A stretch of DNA of 35,477 nucleotides from Nemertoderma westbladi. Lineage: Eukaryota; Animalia; Xenacoelomorpha. A program made the position numbers and the translations under genes. The notes beneath the pieces were generated by a model. The model did no database searches, was not told where the DNA came from, and saw only the letters and a list, made by a program, of their open reading frames with translations. Location of the stretch: NCBI GenBank assembly GCA_032718475.1, contig JAUCBJ010005201.1, forward strand, positions 1-35,477. The letters are read 5' to 3'. Of this stretch, positions 24,002 through 33,896 are shown piece after piece (position 1 is the first letter of the stretch; every line of letters starts with the position of its first letter).

Positions 24002-24097
24002 TATAACTGTTTAGTTAGTTAAATAACTAGACTAGTAGACTCCGATCAGACGAAAATGATACGACAGCTTCCAATATTACCGGTACATGTTTCAATT

Positions 24098-24163
24098 TTC
24101 AAATTCATGGCTTCACCTCACCCCAACCCGCCACCAGTGATAGAGAAGACGTTCATGACGTCA
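24098..24163 (-). promoter_or_regulatory. Putative cell-cycle promoter motifs of the Emi gene (CHR, E2F-like GGCGGG, CRE)
   Basis: TTTGAA on the - strand at 24098-24103, GGTGGCGGGTT on the - strand near 24125-24135, TGACGTCA at 24156-24163. These are short motifs supported mainly by position. Confidence 0.35.
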
Positions 24164-24970
24164 CTGCAATAACAAGAGCTCAGCTCACATGCATCCACCA
24201 GTCTACCAGCACCTGCAGCTCATTCTTCCGGATTTAAGGCGAAATAGAGCATGAGGCGGAGCGCGGAGGTAATAGCAGATTACAGGATTAGTACCAGAAA
24301 AATTTGTCAAACTTAGGCTTATCTAGTTGTTGTCATAACTAAAACCGGTACGGTACTACAGTACTAGTGTACTCACAGTCACATACTTATAATAAATGCT
24401 AAAATGGGGCAATGGGCAATGGGGTGTGGCGTTATTATTATTATTGCATATTGCCTTTGCTTTATTGCATGCATGATTGCACATTGTTTACAAATCACAG
24501 TATATCATAGAGCACAAAATATGACACTAATTACCCTATCTACTGTATACCATCGCAGTCCTACCTAGTTAGTATGTAAGTAAATACACCATATAATACT
24601 TGAAAATAAATACAGTAACTATAAATCAATACGTGTGTAAGGATGACACCAACCCAAATATTAATAATAGTGTTATTATGTTATTAGAGGAAGCTATTAT
24701 CCTTCCAAGACTTCGCTTTGATCTATATAATATGTCACCGAACATAGAACATAGTGATTACCTTACCAAACATTAGTAATATACTGGTGGGCTCCTTACC
24801 AGCTGACCAGTGAACCGTGGAATATTAAATAGGAGACGTACAGTAAACGGTTGTAGTACAGTTTGTACGCTACTCTAAATTTTATAGTTTATTATTGGTG
24901 TTACTGGTGTTATTGGTGTTATTGCGGACATACAAGGTATCAAATAGTATTTCCAGGTCTATCTTTTACC

Positions 24971-25160
24971 TGAGCCGCTAGCTGAATGGTTAGAGCGTCA
25001 GACTTCCAACTCGGACGTCACCAGTTCGATCCCACCTGGACGTCATTGCCGACTTTGCAAAAGCTGTGCCCAACAAAAAGTTACTCTAAATTTGTTATAG
25101 ACGCATTCAGGCATTGTGAATAGGCCTAATTAGAACTCGACCATAGACTACAACAATAAA
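24971..25160 (+). mobile_element. tRNA-derived SINE-like element or tRNA pseudogene
   Basis: A box TAGCTGAATGG (24979-24989) and B box AGTTCGATCCC (25023-25033) at tRNA spacing. Anticodon and acceptor stems pair poorly. The 3' boundary is uncertain. Confidence 0.65.
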
Positions 25161-25624
25161 TGCTGAAATGGGTGTACAAAAAGTACGAACTAATATGACC
25201 ATGCTACGCTGCCGTGGTATGGTGTATGGGTTTATTTAATTATGTCTTTATCCTGTTATCGCCATCTGTAATACTGTAATAGAGCACAATAAATGACACA
25301 GATAAACAAACTCATCCACAATTTCTATGTCCAGATGTCTGAACCATGAACCGTACCGTAGCTAGTTTAATTCTAGAGTAACGTTGTAATTTAACCGTAC
25401 CGTATAAGACTTTGGGATGAAATAAATACATTTAGTTTTTTTATTATTAAACAGAATTGAGTTATCACGCTTATAATCTTCGGAGATAGGCCCTATTGAC
25501 TAATTAAAGCTCATTTTCTTTGTGCAGTTGTGCGTTTACAGGTTTAGGTCCTACTTATAAAGCTGAAAGCTGTAGCACTAACATCATCAGAACATGCAGA
25601 CATGTTCTGGGCCTATCTATCAGC

Positions 25625-26115
25625 CTATTGACTTTAGTTTATTGTTTTGGTTAGAATAAAGTTCCACTATCCAATATAATATATACACTCACAACAACTG
25701 ATTTTACATACCATTGCATTTGCCAATTATATTTTAATGTTTGACATACTATTTATGCTGCCACAATTTCAGTCAACAACAGTTACATTAGGTCTTAGTC
25801 ATGTGTTCTAAAATATATACAAACACCCCTTTTCCTCCATGGTATGTGGGTGTTCCGAAGCTGAACTAGCGATTTGCTATAGTGGAGGACCACCCACACA
25901 GTACCCAGCAGATTACAGTCTGCTGTGCAATTACTCATGAATTATTTCGTTTTTATTGAGGAATAAATAAACTCAAACTCAAACTCAAACTATCACTATG
26001 TGAACTGCTCCTTTCTGCTTTCCCTAAACAGCTAAGTCTGTAAGTAGACAATTTATCAATGCCGGCGCCGGCGGGATATTAATTCGCCGATATCGGATTT
26101 GTGACAGGCACTGGC
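25625..26115 (-). mobile_element. Reverse-orientation relative of the G/C-tract MITE, split by an insertion
   Basis: 25629-25669 plus 26000-26100 align with the reverse complement of about 6245-6370 (GACTTTAGTTTATTGTTTTGGTTA...CTGCTCCTTT...TTTCCCTAAA...GATATTAATTC). Confidence 0.7.
25671..25993 (+). mobile_element. Probable 5'-truncated non-LTR retroelement 3' end with (AAACTC)n tail
   Basis: Ends AATAAATAAACTCAAACTCAAACTCAAAC. Flanked by CACTAT at 25665-25670 and 25994-25999. Interrupts the MITE core. Confidence 0.55.
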
Positions 26116-26377
26116 AGACTGGTTCTTGGCATATGTCAGTATGTTGGGTTGGCAGTTCAGCAGTTGGGTCAAGAAAAATTGGGCTAAACAGCAGAATAAC
26201 TGAATGCTGGAATGAGATAGGCCTACAACATGTTTTATGATTATCTGGTTATGGCGGGAAATATCTAGGCCTAGCCTAATACTCTAATACAGTACAGTAA
26301 TACGACTGTAATACATTATTAATGAAAGTAACAATGTGTTGGCAAGCTGTGTTTTTCGAGGTATTTGTTATTATACA

Positions 26378-26523
26378 TTTATTACAGGAAGGGATCTAAA
26401 AAAAAGTACGCTTGTGATTGGATTAGTCCTATAATTGTGCCAATAAGAGATAAGTTATTTTCGGTAAAATAAACTTTTCATTCTACAGTAGGTTAAGACC
26501 CCTAGATCCCTTCCTGTAATAAA
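26378..26523. mobile_element. Small MITE-like element with perfect 21-bp inverted repeat
   Basis: TTTATTACAGGAAGGGATCTA (26378-26398) and TAGATCCCTTCCTGTAATAAA (26503-26523). Confidence 0.7.
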
Positions 26524-26888
26524 AGGATTAATGAAGACTAACTTTGTCGCATAACCCGACTCTTAATGAGAAAAAATTTATATCTCAATAAGAGCGAAAA
26601 TAGAATCGAAAAGATACAGTATGTAAAGAAGATGACCTTTGGAGAAAGGGCTTACAATCTAATTAATTACAGTATATCTTCCAATTAAATTGTATAATTA
26701 GGAACTACAAGGTTACTTTCTGTAAGGAATCCTAGAAATAAAACAAGTGTTGACGATGACTGAGTGATCATCCAAATTTCAGTGGGGGATTTAGAAATTT
26801 CGAAAGGGGTATGTACAGTAGTACTGTACATTATTTAGGGGAACACCGCACCCCGCCCCCTGCACCTTGTTGGAATTATCGAATAATC

Positions 26889-26987
26889 GGATGCGCGCCG
26901 TACAAAGTATAAATTCGCGCCACGCCAGGCGAAAATTCCCGCCGTAAATGTTTAAAATTCGCGGCGACCTAGCTCAAAATTCGCACC
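26889..26987. repeat. Five 11-bp motifs (AAATTCGCGCC-like) at an exact 22-bp period with unique spacers
   Basis: Motif starts at 26889, 26911, 26933, 26955 and 26977. Confidence 0.7.
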
Positions 26988-27162
26988 GAGTCAACACAAA
27001 AATTTTCTAATTTTGCAATAAAATGTAAATTATTACTGTATAATTAAATTGGTCTGTTGGTAAATACAGTGTTGATAAAATGCAGCAGACAAAATGATAC
27101 TGTACGTAATTGGAAATCAGTCAATAACCTCAATAAGTACACCTTAGTAATCATCCACCAAG

Positions 27163-27693
27163 TAATCATTTTTTGTTCCCACGACTTTTGCAAACTCGTT
27201 CGAATGACTTTTCAAAACTCGGGGAAACAAATCTAATTGGCTGGAGTGGTTTCTATACCAACAAACACCCAATCAAGTTTGTTTCCCCGACTTTTGCAAA
27301 CTCGTTCGAACAACTTTAGAAAACTCAGGAAAACAAAAGTTTGTTTTTTGTAATATTTTTTTTTGTTCTCCCGACGTTTGCAAACTCGTTTGAACGACTT
27401 TACAAAACTCGGGGAAACAAATCGAATTGGCTGGAGTGGTTTCTATACCAACAAACACCCAATCAAGTTTGTTTTCCCGACTTTCCACCGAAAAAAAAGA
27501 TTACAAAAAACAAACTTTTGTTTTCCTGAGTTTTCTAAAGTTGTTCGAACGAGTTTGCAAAAGTCGGGGAAACAAACTTGATTGGGTGTTTGTTGATATA
27601 GAAACTACTCCAGCCAATTAGATTTGTTTCTCCGAGTATGGCAAACTCGTTCGAACGCGTTTGCAAAAGTCGGGGAAACAAAAAAAGATTATA
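27163..27693. repeat. Fold-back structure: about 195-bp unit, partial direct copy, then inverted copy
   Basis: 27361-27485 repeats about 27171-27294. 27491-27693 is a near-identical reverse complement of 27163-27360. Internal sub-repeats CCCCGACTTTTGCAAACTCGTTCGAA. Confidence 0.9.
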
Positions 27694-27732
27694 AAACTAG
27701 CCGCTCGGGGCCACCATACCATCTCCCGTAGT

Positions 27733-27791
27733 TTGTGCGCCTAGAGCTATCATTGAATAGGCGGTTTATAAATACAAATTATTAATAATAA
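27733..27791 (+). mobile_element. L2/SINE-type 3' tail fragment
   Basis: GCGCCTAGAGC...TAGGCGGTTTATAAATAC..ATTATTAATAATA resembles the stem-loop and (ATT)n end of L2-clade elements. Confidence 0.4.
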
Positions 27792-28206
27792 TTTGAAAAG
27801 ACTGTAGAAACCTTGATTATGACAGAAATACACCTGTTTGTTAACTAACTTAGTTCAACTTTATTCAAAGGTGGGGGGGGGGGGGGGGGGTTCTTATTCG
27901 AAAAGATACGGTAATTTTGGGTGGAGACCATAAGTTATACTGTATATACCTACCATAACTTGTATGTAGGCGTTAGACAAAGCCATCTAAATAATATACA
28001 GTATATTATTATTTAAAAATAATTTTATATTTCATTATTTAGCCTTTATAATTAGCCTAATCTGCCCATTTGCTATTATATAGATCAGTAGATGGCCTTC
28101 ATCTTACACAACCCGACAACGCATCACTACAGCACTAGTCACAACATTTTTATTGACATTATAACTTTTTGATATAGGCCTACTGAGAACGTAAATTTGC
28201 GTAAGA

Positions 28207-29289
28207 ATGGCGTCGATCGATCCTTTCGAGAAACCACAAATAATATCCCACGTCCAACAAAGTATGAACTATACGTTGTTCGATGCGTCGTGGGTTCCTT
28301 GTTCGACAAAGTTCGTAGTTCTCGGGTCACATCCGCGAAACACGGGAGCCTTGCAAATATACGAAGTCAATAAAGGCGGCATCAAACTCGTAAAAGAATG
28401 CGAAAAACCGGTTTCCTTTAAATGCGGCACGTTCAACGCCGCTCCCACGTATCAACGTCATCTCGCCACCGGGGACTTCAAGGGGAACCTACAACTGTGG
28501 GATTTAGAGAAACTTGGATCTCCTGTCTACAGCGTTGCGGCGCATAAAGAAATCATAAACTGTGTGGACGGAGTGGGGGGTTTAGGAGTGGGGGAGGGGG
28601 CTCCTGAGATAGTGACGGGGAGTAGGGAGGGGTCGGTAAAGGTCTGGGATCCGAGGCAACGGGACGTCCCGGTCGCGAAGATGGAGCCGATGGAGGGCGA
28701 GAGTTCGCGAGACTGTTGGGCGGTCGCCTTCGGGAATGCGCACAACGCCGTGGAGCGATGCGTGGTAGCCGGTTACGATAATGGAGATATTAAACTCTTT
28801 GATCTCCGGAATATGTCGTTGCGCTGGGAGACGAACGCAAAGAGCGGCGTCTGCGGGTTGGAGTTCGATCGAAGAGACATCGCGATGAATAAACTCGTCG
28901 CGACGACTTTGGAGTCGAAGTTTATCGTATACGATATGCGGACGTTCCATCCGGAGCGGGGCTTCGCCAGCCTTACGGAGAAGGCGCACAAGAGCACCGT
29001 GTGGGCGGTGAAACATCTGCCGCAAAATCGGGACGTCTTCATGACGTGCGGTGGTAGCGGGTCGTTGTGTTTATGGAAGTACAGCTACCCGGGTAGTCGT
29101 TCTAGGACGTTGGACGACGGACACCAGGTGGGGGTTATGGGGAGTCTCGCTCAGCTACAGAATATTACCTTGAGTTCCCAACCTATATCGAGTTTCAATT
29201 GGAATCTGGATAAACCCGGTCTGGCTGTCTGCACCGCGTTCGACCAGAACCTCAGGGTGATACTTGTTACTAAAACCAACACACTATAG
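28207..29289 (+). CDS. WDR92: WD repeat protein 92 / Monad / DNAAF10 (axonemal dynein assembly, R2TP-associated), single ORF of 360 aa
   Basis: Matches WDR92 end to end as I recall it: [74 protein letters not shown] at about 29466. Confidence 0.96.
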   Translation: MASIDPFEKPQIISHVQQSMNYTLFDASWVPCSTKFVVLGSHPRNTGALQIYEVNKGGIKLVKECEKPVSFKCGTFNAAPTYQRHLATGDFKGNLQLWDLEKLGSPVYSVAAHKEIINCVDGVGGLGVGEGAPEIVTGSREGSVKVWDPRQRDVPVAKMEPMEGESSRDCWAVAFGNAHNAVERCVVAGYDNGDIKLFDLRNMSLRWETNAKSGVCGLEFDRRDIAMNKLVATTLESKFIVYDMRTFHPERGFASLTEKAHKSTVWAVKHLPQNRDVFMTCGGSGSLCLWKYSYPGSRSRTLDDGHQVGVMGSLAQLQNITLSSQPISSFNWNLDKPGLAVCTAFDQNLRVILVTKTNTL

Positions 29290-29689
29290 GGATCTGGTCT
29301 GGGTAGATTGTGTGGCACTGGGCGTTATTATTCCCAACATTTTGCCAATATAATAATAACAATATTTATTTTCTTCCGACATTGTTTTTGGTTTTCTTTA
29401 TTTGTTTGTATATAGAGTAACGCCTGTTCTATAACCAATATTGTTTGTATTGTAAATAATTTAATAATAAATAAATATTAATTGTAACTCCATGTTTATT
29501 TATAATCAATAATCATTCGTGATATTCAGTTTAATGAAAGAATGATAATACCTTGCTGGCTAACCTGCTAAACGGACCTGGTCTCCTTTGAGTGAATCTA
29601 TTTAAGGAATAAATAAAAACCAATAAACTACCCATTATTAGTGCCCTGACAAATGTGACTAATGTACCTTGACGTTTTTATTTCATAAG

Positions 29690-29931
29690 TTACCCGCGTG
29701 CATTGAAATGTCACAGGTCATTGGTGCGATCCCTGCATGGAAACCAGGGCAGTTTTCGTTTCGGCACAAAGTTTTAGCCAGGGCGCATATCTGCCTTGCA
29801 TCGTTAAATGATAGCTAAATGGGTACTGGAGTTTCTTCTGGGGAGTATACAGTTCTGGGAGGACCTCACTGGAAATAAGTCGTCAGACTTTGTGCGTAAT
29901 CCATGTCCTAACGGGAGAAGAAAACTATACT
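29690..29931 (+). mobile_element. SINE-like element (degenerate B box, core motif, LINE-like tail)
   Basis: GGTGCGATCCC B-box-like motif at about 29723. AAATGGGTAC motif typical of metazoan SINE cores at about 29817. GGACCTCACTGGAAATAAGT...ACTTTGTG..TAATCC tail structure. Confidence 0.5.
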
Positions 29932-30659
29932 TTTTTTTTCTAATCTCAAATAATATTGGACACACATCGAATAAAACGCTCAAAACAAGCTGCATATTCA
30001 TTCGACTAGAGATATCGAGAAAAACACACACCGATTGAATTAGGAACGGTATCAATATTTTGTGATTTTTTAATGAAACTACCCTTCAGTATGCCTAGTA
30101 CATACAGTATCCATTATTGGCTCATTCCATGAAAAGGTCGACCTCCCCACTAATTTCGAAAAATCAGATGTAGCTTTGAATTTATACTTATTTTAGGTCA
30201 AAATTTATCGTACTTCATGAATTCAGTGCTAAAAATTGTATCAACACAGGTGGTTTCTCAAAAATAGTCGAATTACAAATTATGCACCTGCTCTGCACAG
30301 AATGTGAATAAAAGTGTGCAAAAGTTCGTTTCCTGTAGGCACTTCCTATGACCAATAAATTAGCATTTCTGAGCATGTACCAAATCAAAAACAAACCCAA
30401 TTTCGAATTTTTTTGGTTTTATTTAATTTCACCAGTGTTTAATGCCTCTGTAATGAAAGCAATAAAGTTAATTATGTGATGTCCCATACTTTACCTAAAA
30501 TAGTGAAATTTTTAGTTTATTCACAGAGATGTAAATCAGCCTAATCACCCAGTGGAATGCAAAGCACGTTTGTGTTGCGTCATCGTATAAAACAATTAGT
30601 TTCATCTTCACTCCCTCAGAAATATCATGGCGGCCAATTGAAAATTGTCCCATACTTTA

Positions 30660-31821
30660 GGGTGAGTGAGGGAGACTTGAACCCCAAAAGTTTTAATCGC
30701 TCTAAAGAACAGATAAATGAATTTTTAATGCCGTTTTAACTTTTTCACATTACATTTAGGATTGCTATCATTATGTGAGAGTTTGAGAATTTCAACTCTT
30801 AAACTTTTTTAATTAAACCAATTATTCGTATTTTCGAAAAAGCGTCAATGGGGGGAGACTTGACACCTAGGGTGGGAGACTTGAACCCCACCTCACATTC
30901 TTGTAAATTCGTTCAAAAATGCTTAAGAAGTGTAATAATTACATGTTCAACATGTCTATTTTATAGTAGAGCAGCAAAAATGCAAAAAATACGATTATTA
31001 ATTTGTCAAATTATTATCCCAAATTTTGTACAAATTTGGATGGTCGTTCACATGGGCCTGGTTCTCCTAACAATAAATAAATAAATAATAGTTCATTAAA
31101 ACCGCAATAAAATTTAACGCGGAAAGGTACTTTTTAATGATAAACATCTTGTATAATTTTCAATCCAGGACCATTTTAATTGTTTTCCTGTAATTCTATT
31201 GATGTGTGCCGCTTTCTGACGTAGCGGCATCTTGTTTAAGTTGTCAATCACCAAGTTGGTGGGCTACCACATTGCAAAGAGGGAAGGAAGAGTTGTTGGT
31301 TGTCTTGGCTGGGTTTGGTTTAGGGTTTAGTATAGAGAGGGGCTACTCGTACTGCATGGCCTGGTGTAATGGTTCTCTACGTGGGTGTATCTCTAGGTAG
31401 ACGTAATCATTGGCGGGTTCAAGTCTCCCTCACACTCGGACGTCAAGTCTCCCCACATGGGCCTTTTTTCTATTAATTGATATAATTTCAAAACGGCTGA
31501 ACCAAAACTGGAAAACAATATATGGAAGGATATTGCAATAATTAGTCAACACATGTTGTGAATTACAATAACATACAGTAAAATAAGGATGCGAATTTTC
31601 ATTCGTTGTAAAGGGCAGAAATTTACTTTTGAATCCAAAAAAGGTTTATTGACAATAAAACAAAAAATAACCAAAAGGTACAGTAATAAAACATTGTTGC
31701 GCGGGTGTAGCCTACATGTATTTTACACATTTTTGTGTGATATTGTTAAATAATTTACAATAGTTTTTTTTAGTTTTTTTTTTAGTTTTTTTTTCTAAAG
31801 TCAAGTCTCCCTCACTCATCC
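30660..31821. mobile_element. Non-autonomous Tc1/mariner (pogo-like) element, about 1.16 kb, TA TSD
   Basis: TA|GGGTGAGTGAGGGAGACTTGA and TCAAGTCTCCCTCACTCATCC|TA (1 mismatch). Paired internal GGGAGACTTGA repeats at about 30850-30890, inverted at about 31415-31460. No transposase ORF. Confidence 0.85.
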
Positions 31822-32043
31822 TACCATTAAAATGGCGATTATATTAGTGCACTGTATTAATGTAATATGTGAAGCCAGGAGTGTTATAATACTCTAAGGT
31901 CATAGTCGGTCGTAAGAATATGAGTCTATATTAGAACTGAGAATCATTCCTCAGTCAAGAAATCTTTGGGTTTATGCATGTAAAGTCCCATACTTAACCA
32001 AAAAATAGTGAAATTTTTAATTTATACACAGAGAAGTAGTCTA

Positions 32044-32444
32044 CTACTACTACTACTAGGATCGGCATGCTGCATTGCAGCTGCATTTTTAAGAATGCTG
32101 TGCCGGCTTGTCAACAAAATTGCACCGCCACAACTCCCTATCACCCATGACATTTGCTAGATCATCCGCATCTTCAAGGCCAGTGTCCTTTAAGATGCGT
32201 CTCAAGAAAGTCATGGGCTGTCCACCATGCTTATTCACTCCATGAGGCTGCCAAACTACAAGATTATGCACTGGCTGGTCCTCACGGCGAAAGCAATGTC
32301 CTGCAAACCGGAGGCGATTTTGTTCTAGTGTCAAGCTTGGGGGAACCAATGAGACACCTCCAATGTTATATAGTATCTGGTTGGAGATGTGTGCATTGTA
32401 CTTGACACAATGAACCAACACTCAAACTCAAACCTTGACACAAT
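32044..32444 (-). mobile_element. 5'-truncated RTE-clade LINE (C-terminal end of the RT ORF) with (TAG)n tail and 12-bp TSD
   Basis: ORF 32089-32421: HISNQILY...RLRFAGHCFRR...WQP...TFLRRILKDTGL...MGDRELWR. (CTA)n at 32041-32058. AGAAGTAGTCTA at 32032-32043 and 32445-32456. Confidence 0.88.
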
Positions 32445-32627
32445 AGAAGTAGTCTAACTCAGACCTTATATGAAACCTGGAGGGCAGGAGTGTTATAATG
32501 CTTTAGGGTGATAGTAGGGGGGAAGCATAGAAATATGTATTTGTACTAAGAATCATTCCCAGTTAACTAATCTTTGAGTTTATGCATGTAAAGTCCCGTC
32601 CGTACTTTACAACAAATTTCAAAAAAT

Positions 32628-32967
32628 TTAGCGGACATGTGTCTTCTAACTCAATATATTGAGTTAGCGGGCATGTGTCTTCTACTGTAACTCTATATAT
32701 TGAGTTAGCGGACATGTGTCTTCTACTGTAACTCAATATATTGAGTTAGCGAGCATGTGTCTTCTAAATCAATATATTGAGTTAGCGGACATGTGTCTTC
32801 TAACTCAATATATTGAGTTAGTGAGCATGTGTCTTCTAACTCAATATATTGAGATAGCGGACATGTGTCTTCTAAATCAATATATTGAGTTAGCGGACAT
32901 GTGTCTTCTAACTCAATATATCGAGTTAGCGGACATGTGTCTTCTAACTCAATATATTGAGTTAGCG
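32628..32967. repeat. 36-bp tandem repeat (TTAGCGGACATGTGTCTTCTAACTCAATATATTGAG), about 9 copies
   Basis: Clear periodicity. Contains the 22-bp palindrome CTAACTCAATATATTGAGTTAG. Two units carry a CTGTA insertion. Confidence 0.95.
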
Positions 32968-33716
32968 AACCCGGACATATACTGTATCTACAATATATAT
33001 CTAAAAAAAAATGAGGATATCATGTCCTCTTAGGTGCGCAGAAAGTTTGCATACTGAAAACTTCAAAATTCGTAAACTGGACACACTCATGTAATGTATG
33101 CCTATTGGCTTCCGATTATACTAATGTTATTGCTGACACAATTAGGCTAAACGTTTTACATATTTTGTGATGTTTTGTTGTAAATTTTCTAACATTACAT
33201 ACTGTACTGTAGGGGGTCACAGTTATAGCAATACTAAGGTATGTGCTATCACTAACATACCTCTCATTTTCCTCTATGATTCTAATGTCGTTAACGTTCG
33301 TTTGAAAGAACTTAATAACAATGTTGCTATCAGAAACTCTTGGGGGTGTGAGAACCAACTGTCTACAGTAGTAGTCTATGGGGACTAGTCGCTGTTCGGC
33401 AACGGAACGGACGTGACTTCTACCGAACAGCTTTTTACCTGAATAAAGATCGGATGAAATAATTATTTAAAACCGAAACTTTATCAATCTGTGTTCCTGT
33501 AAATATACTGTACAGTAATTTTATACATCGCGGCGCTTAAACAATAAGTTTTCATATCGATTGCTACAAAATCCTTTCTCCATTCAAGCAATCCAAGCAA
33601 AACACACTTTGGAATGTGATAATTGCATGAGGATCAGAACATTACTTAAAGGTGCCAATTTTACTGCACATGAGTGATATATAACATGCCTATCGGCCTA
33701 ATAGTCCGTGGAAGTG

Positions 33717-33896
33717 GCACGGGACGCAGCAAACTTCGCCCGCGAGCAATCTGTGCCCTCAAAATGAGTATTAACAACCTCGTTTATTGTTTTGGTTAGA
33801 AAAATTCGTCTCTGTAACCCATCGTGTCTGTAACCTTCTCCTTTCCCACAATCGGGTGAGGGTTGGACGCGGGCGAATATTGCACCAAACCAGTGC
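33717..33896 (-). mobile_element. MITE carrying the shared core between different GC-rich inverted arms
   Basis: GCAC...TTCGCCCGCG (33717-33744) and CGCGGGCGAA...GTGC (33868-33896) surround GTTTATTGTTTTGGTTAGAAAA...CTGTAACC...CCTTTCCC. Confidence 0.6.

Larger units (their letters stand above)
30481..32610. repeat. Old degenerate tandem repeat (about 170-195 bp, 4 units) interrupted by two insertions
   Basis: GTCCCATACTT at 30481, 30647, 31985 and a variant at 32593. About 31876-31995 aligns with about 32485-32606. Confidence 0.6.

Noticed and set aside
24971-25045. Functional tRNA gene
   Set aside because: A and B boxes are present, but the acceptor and anticodon stems pair poorly and no T-run terminator follows; SINE-like.
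31100-31230. Possible transposase N-terminus on the - strand (MPLRQKAAHINR...) inside the TIR element
   Set aside because: Very short, with no recognisable HTH or DDE motif.
32716-33033. 105-aa ORF with 12-aa repeats, or a CRISPR-like array
   Set aside because: By-product of a 36-bp tandem repeat with a non-ATG start and no spacers.
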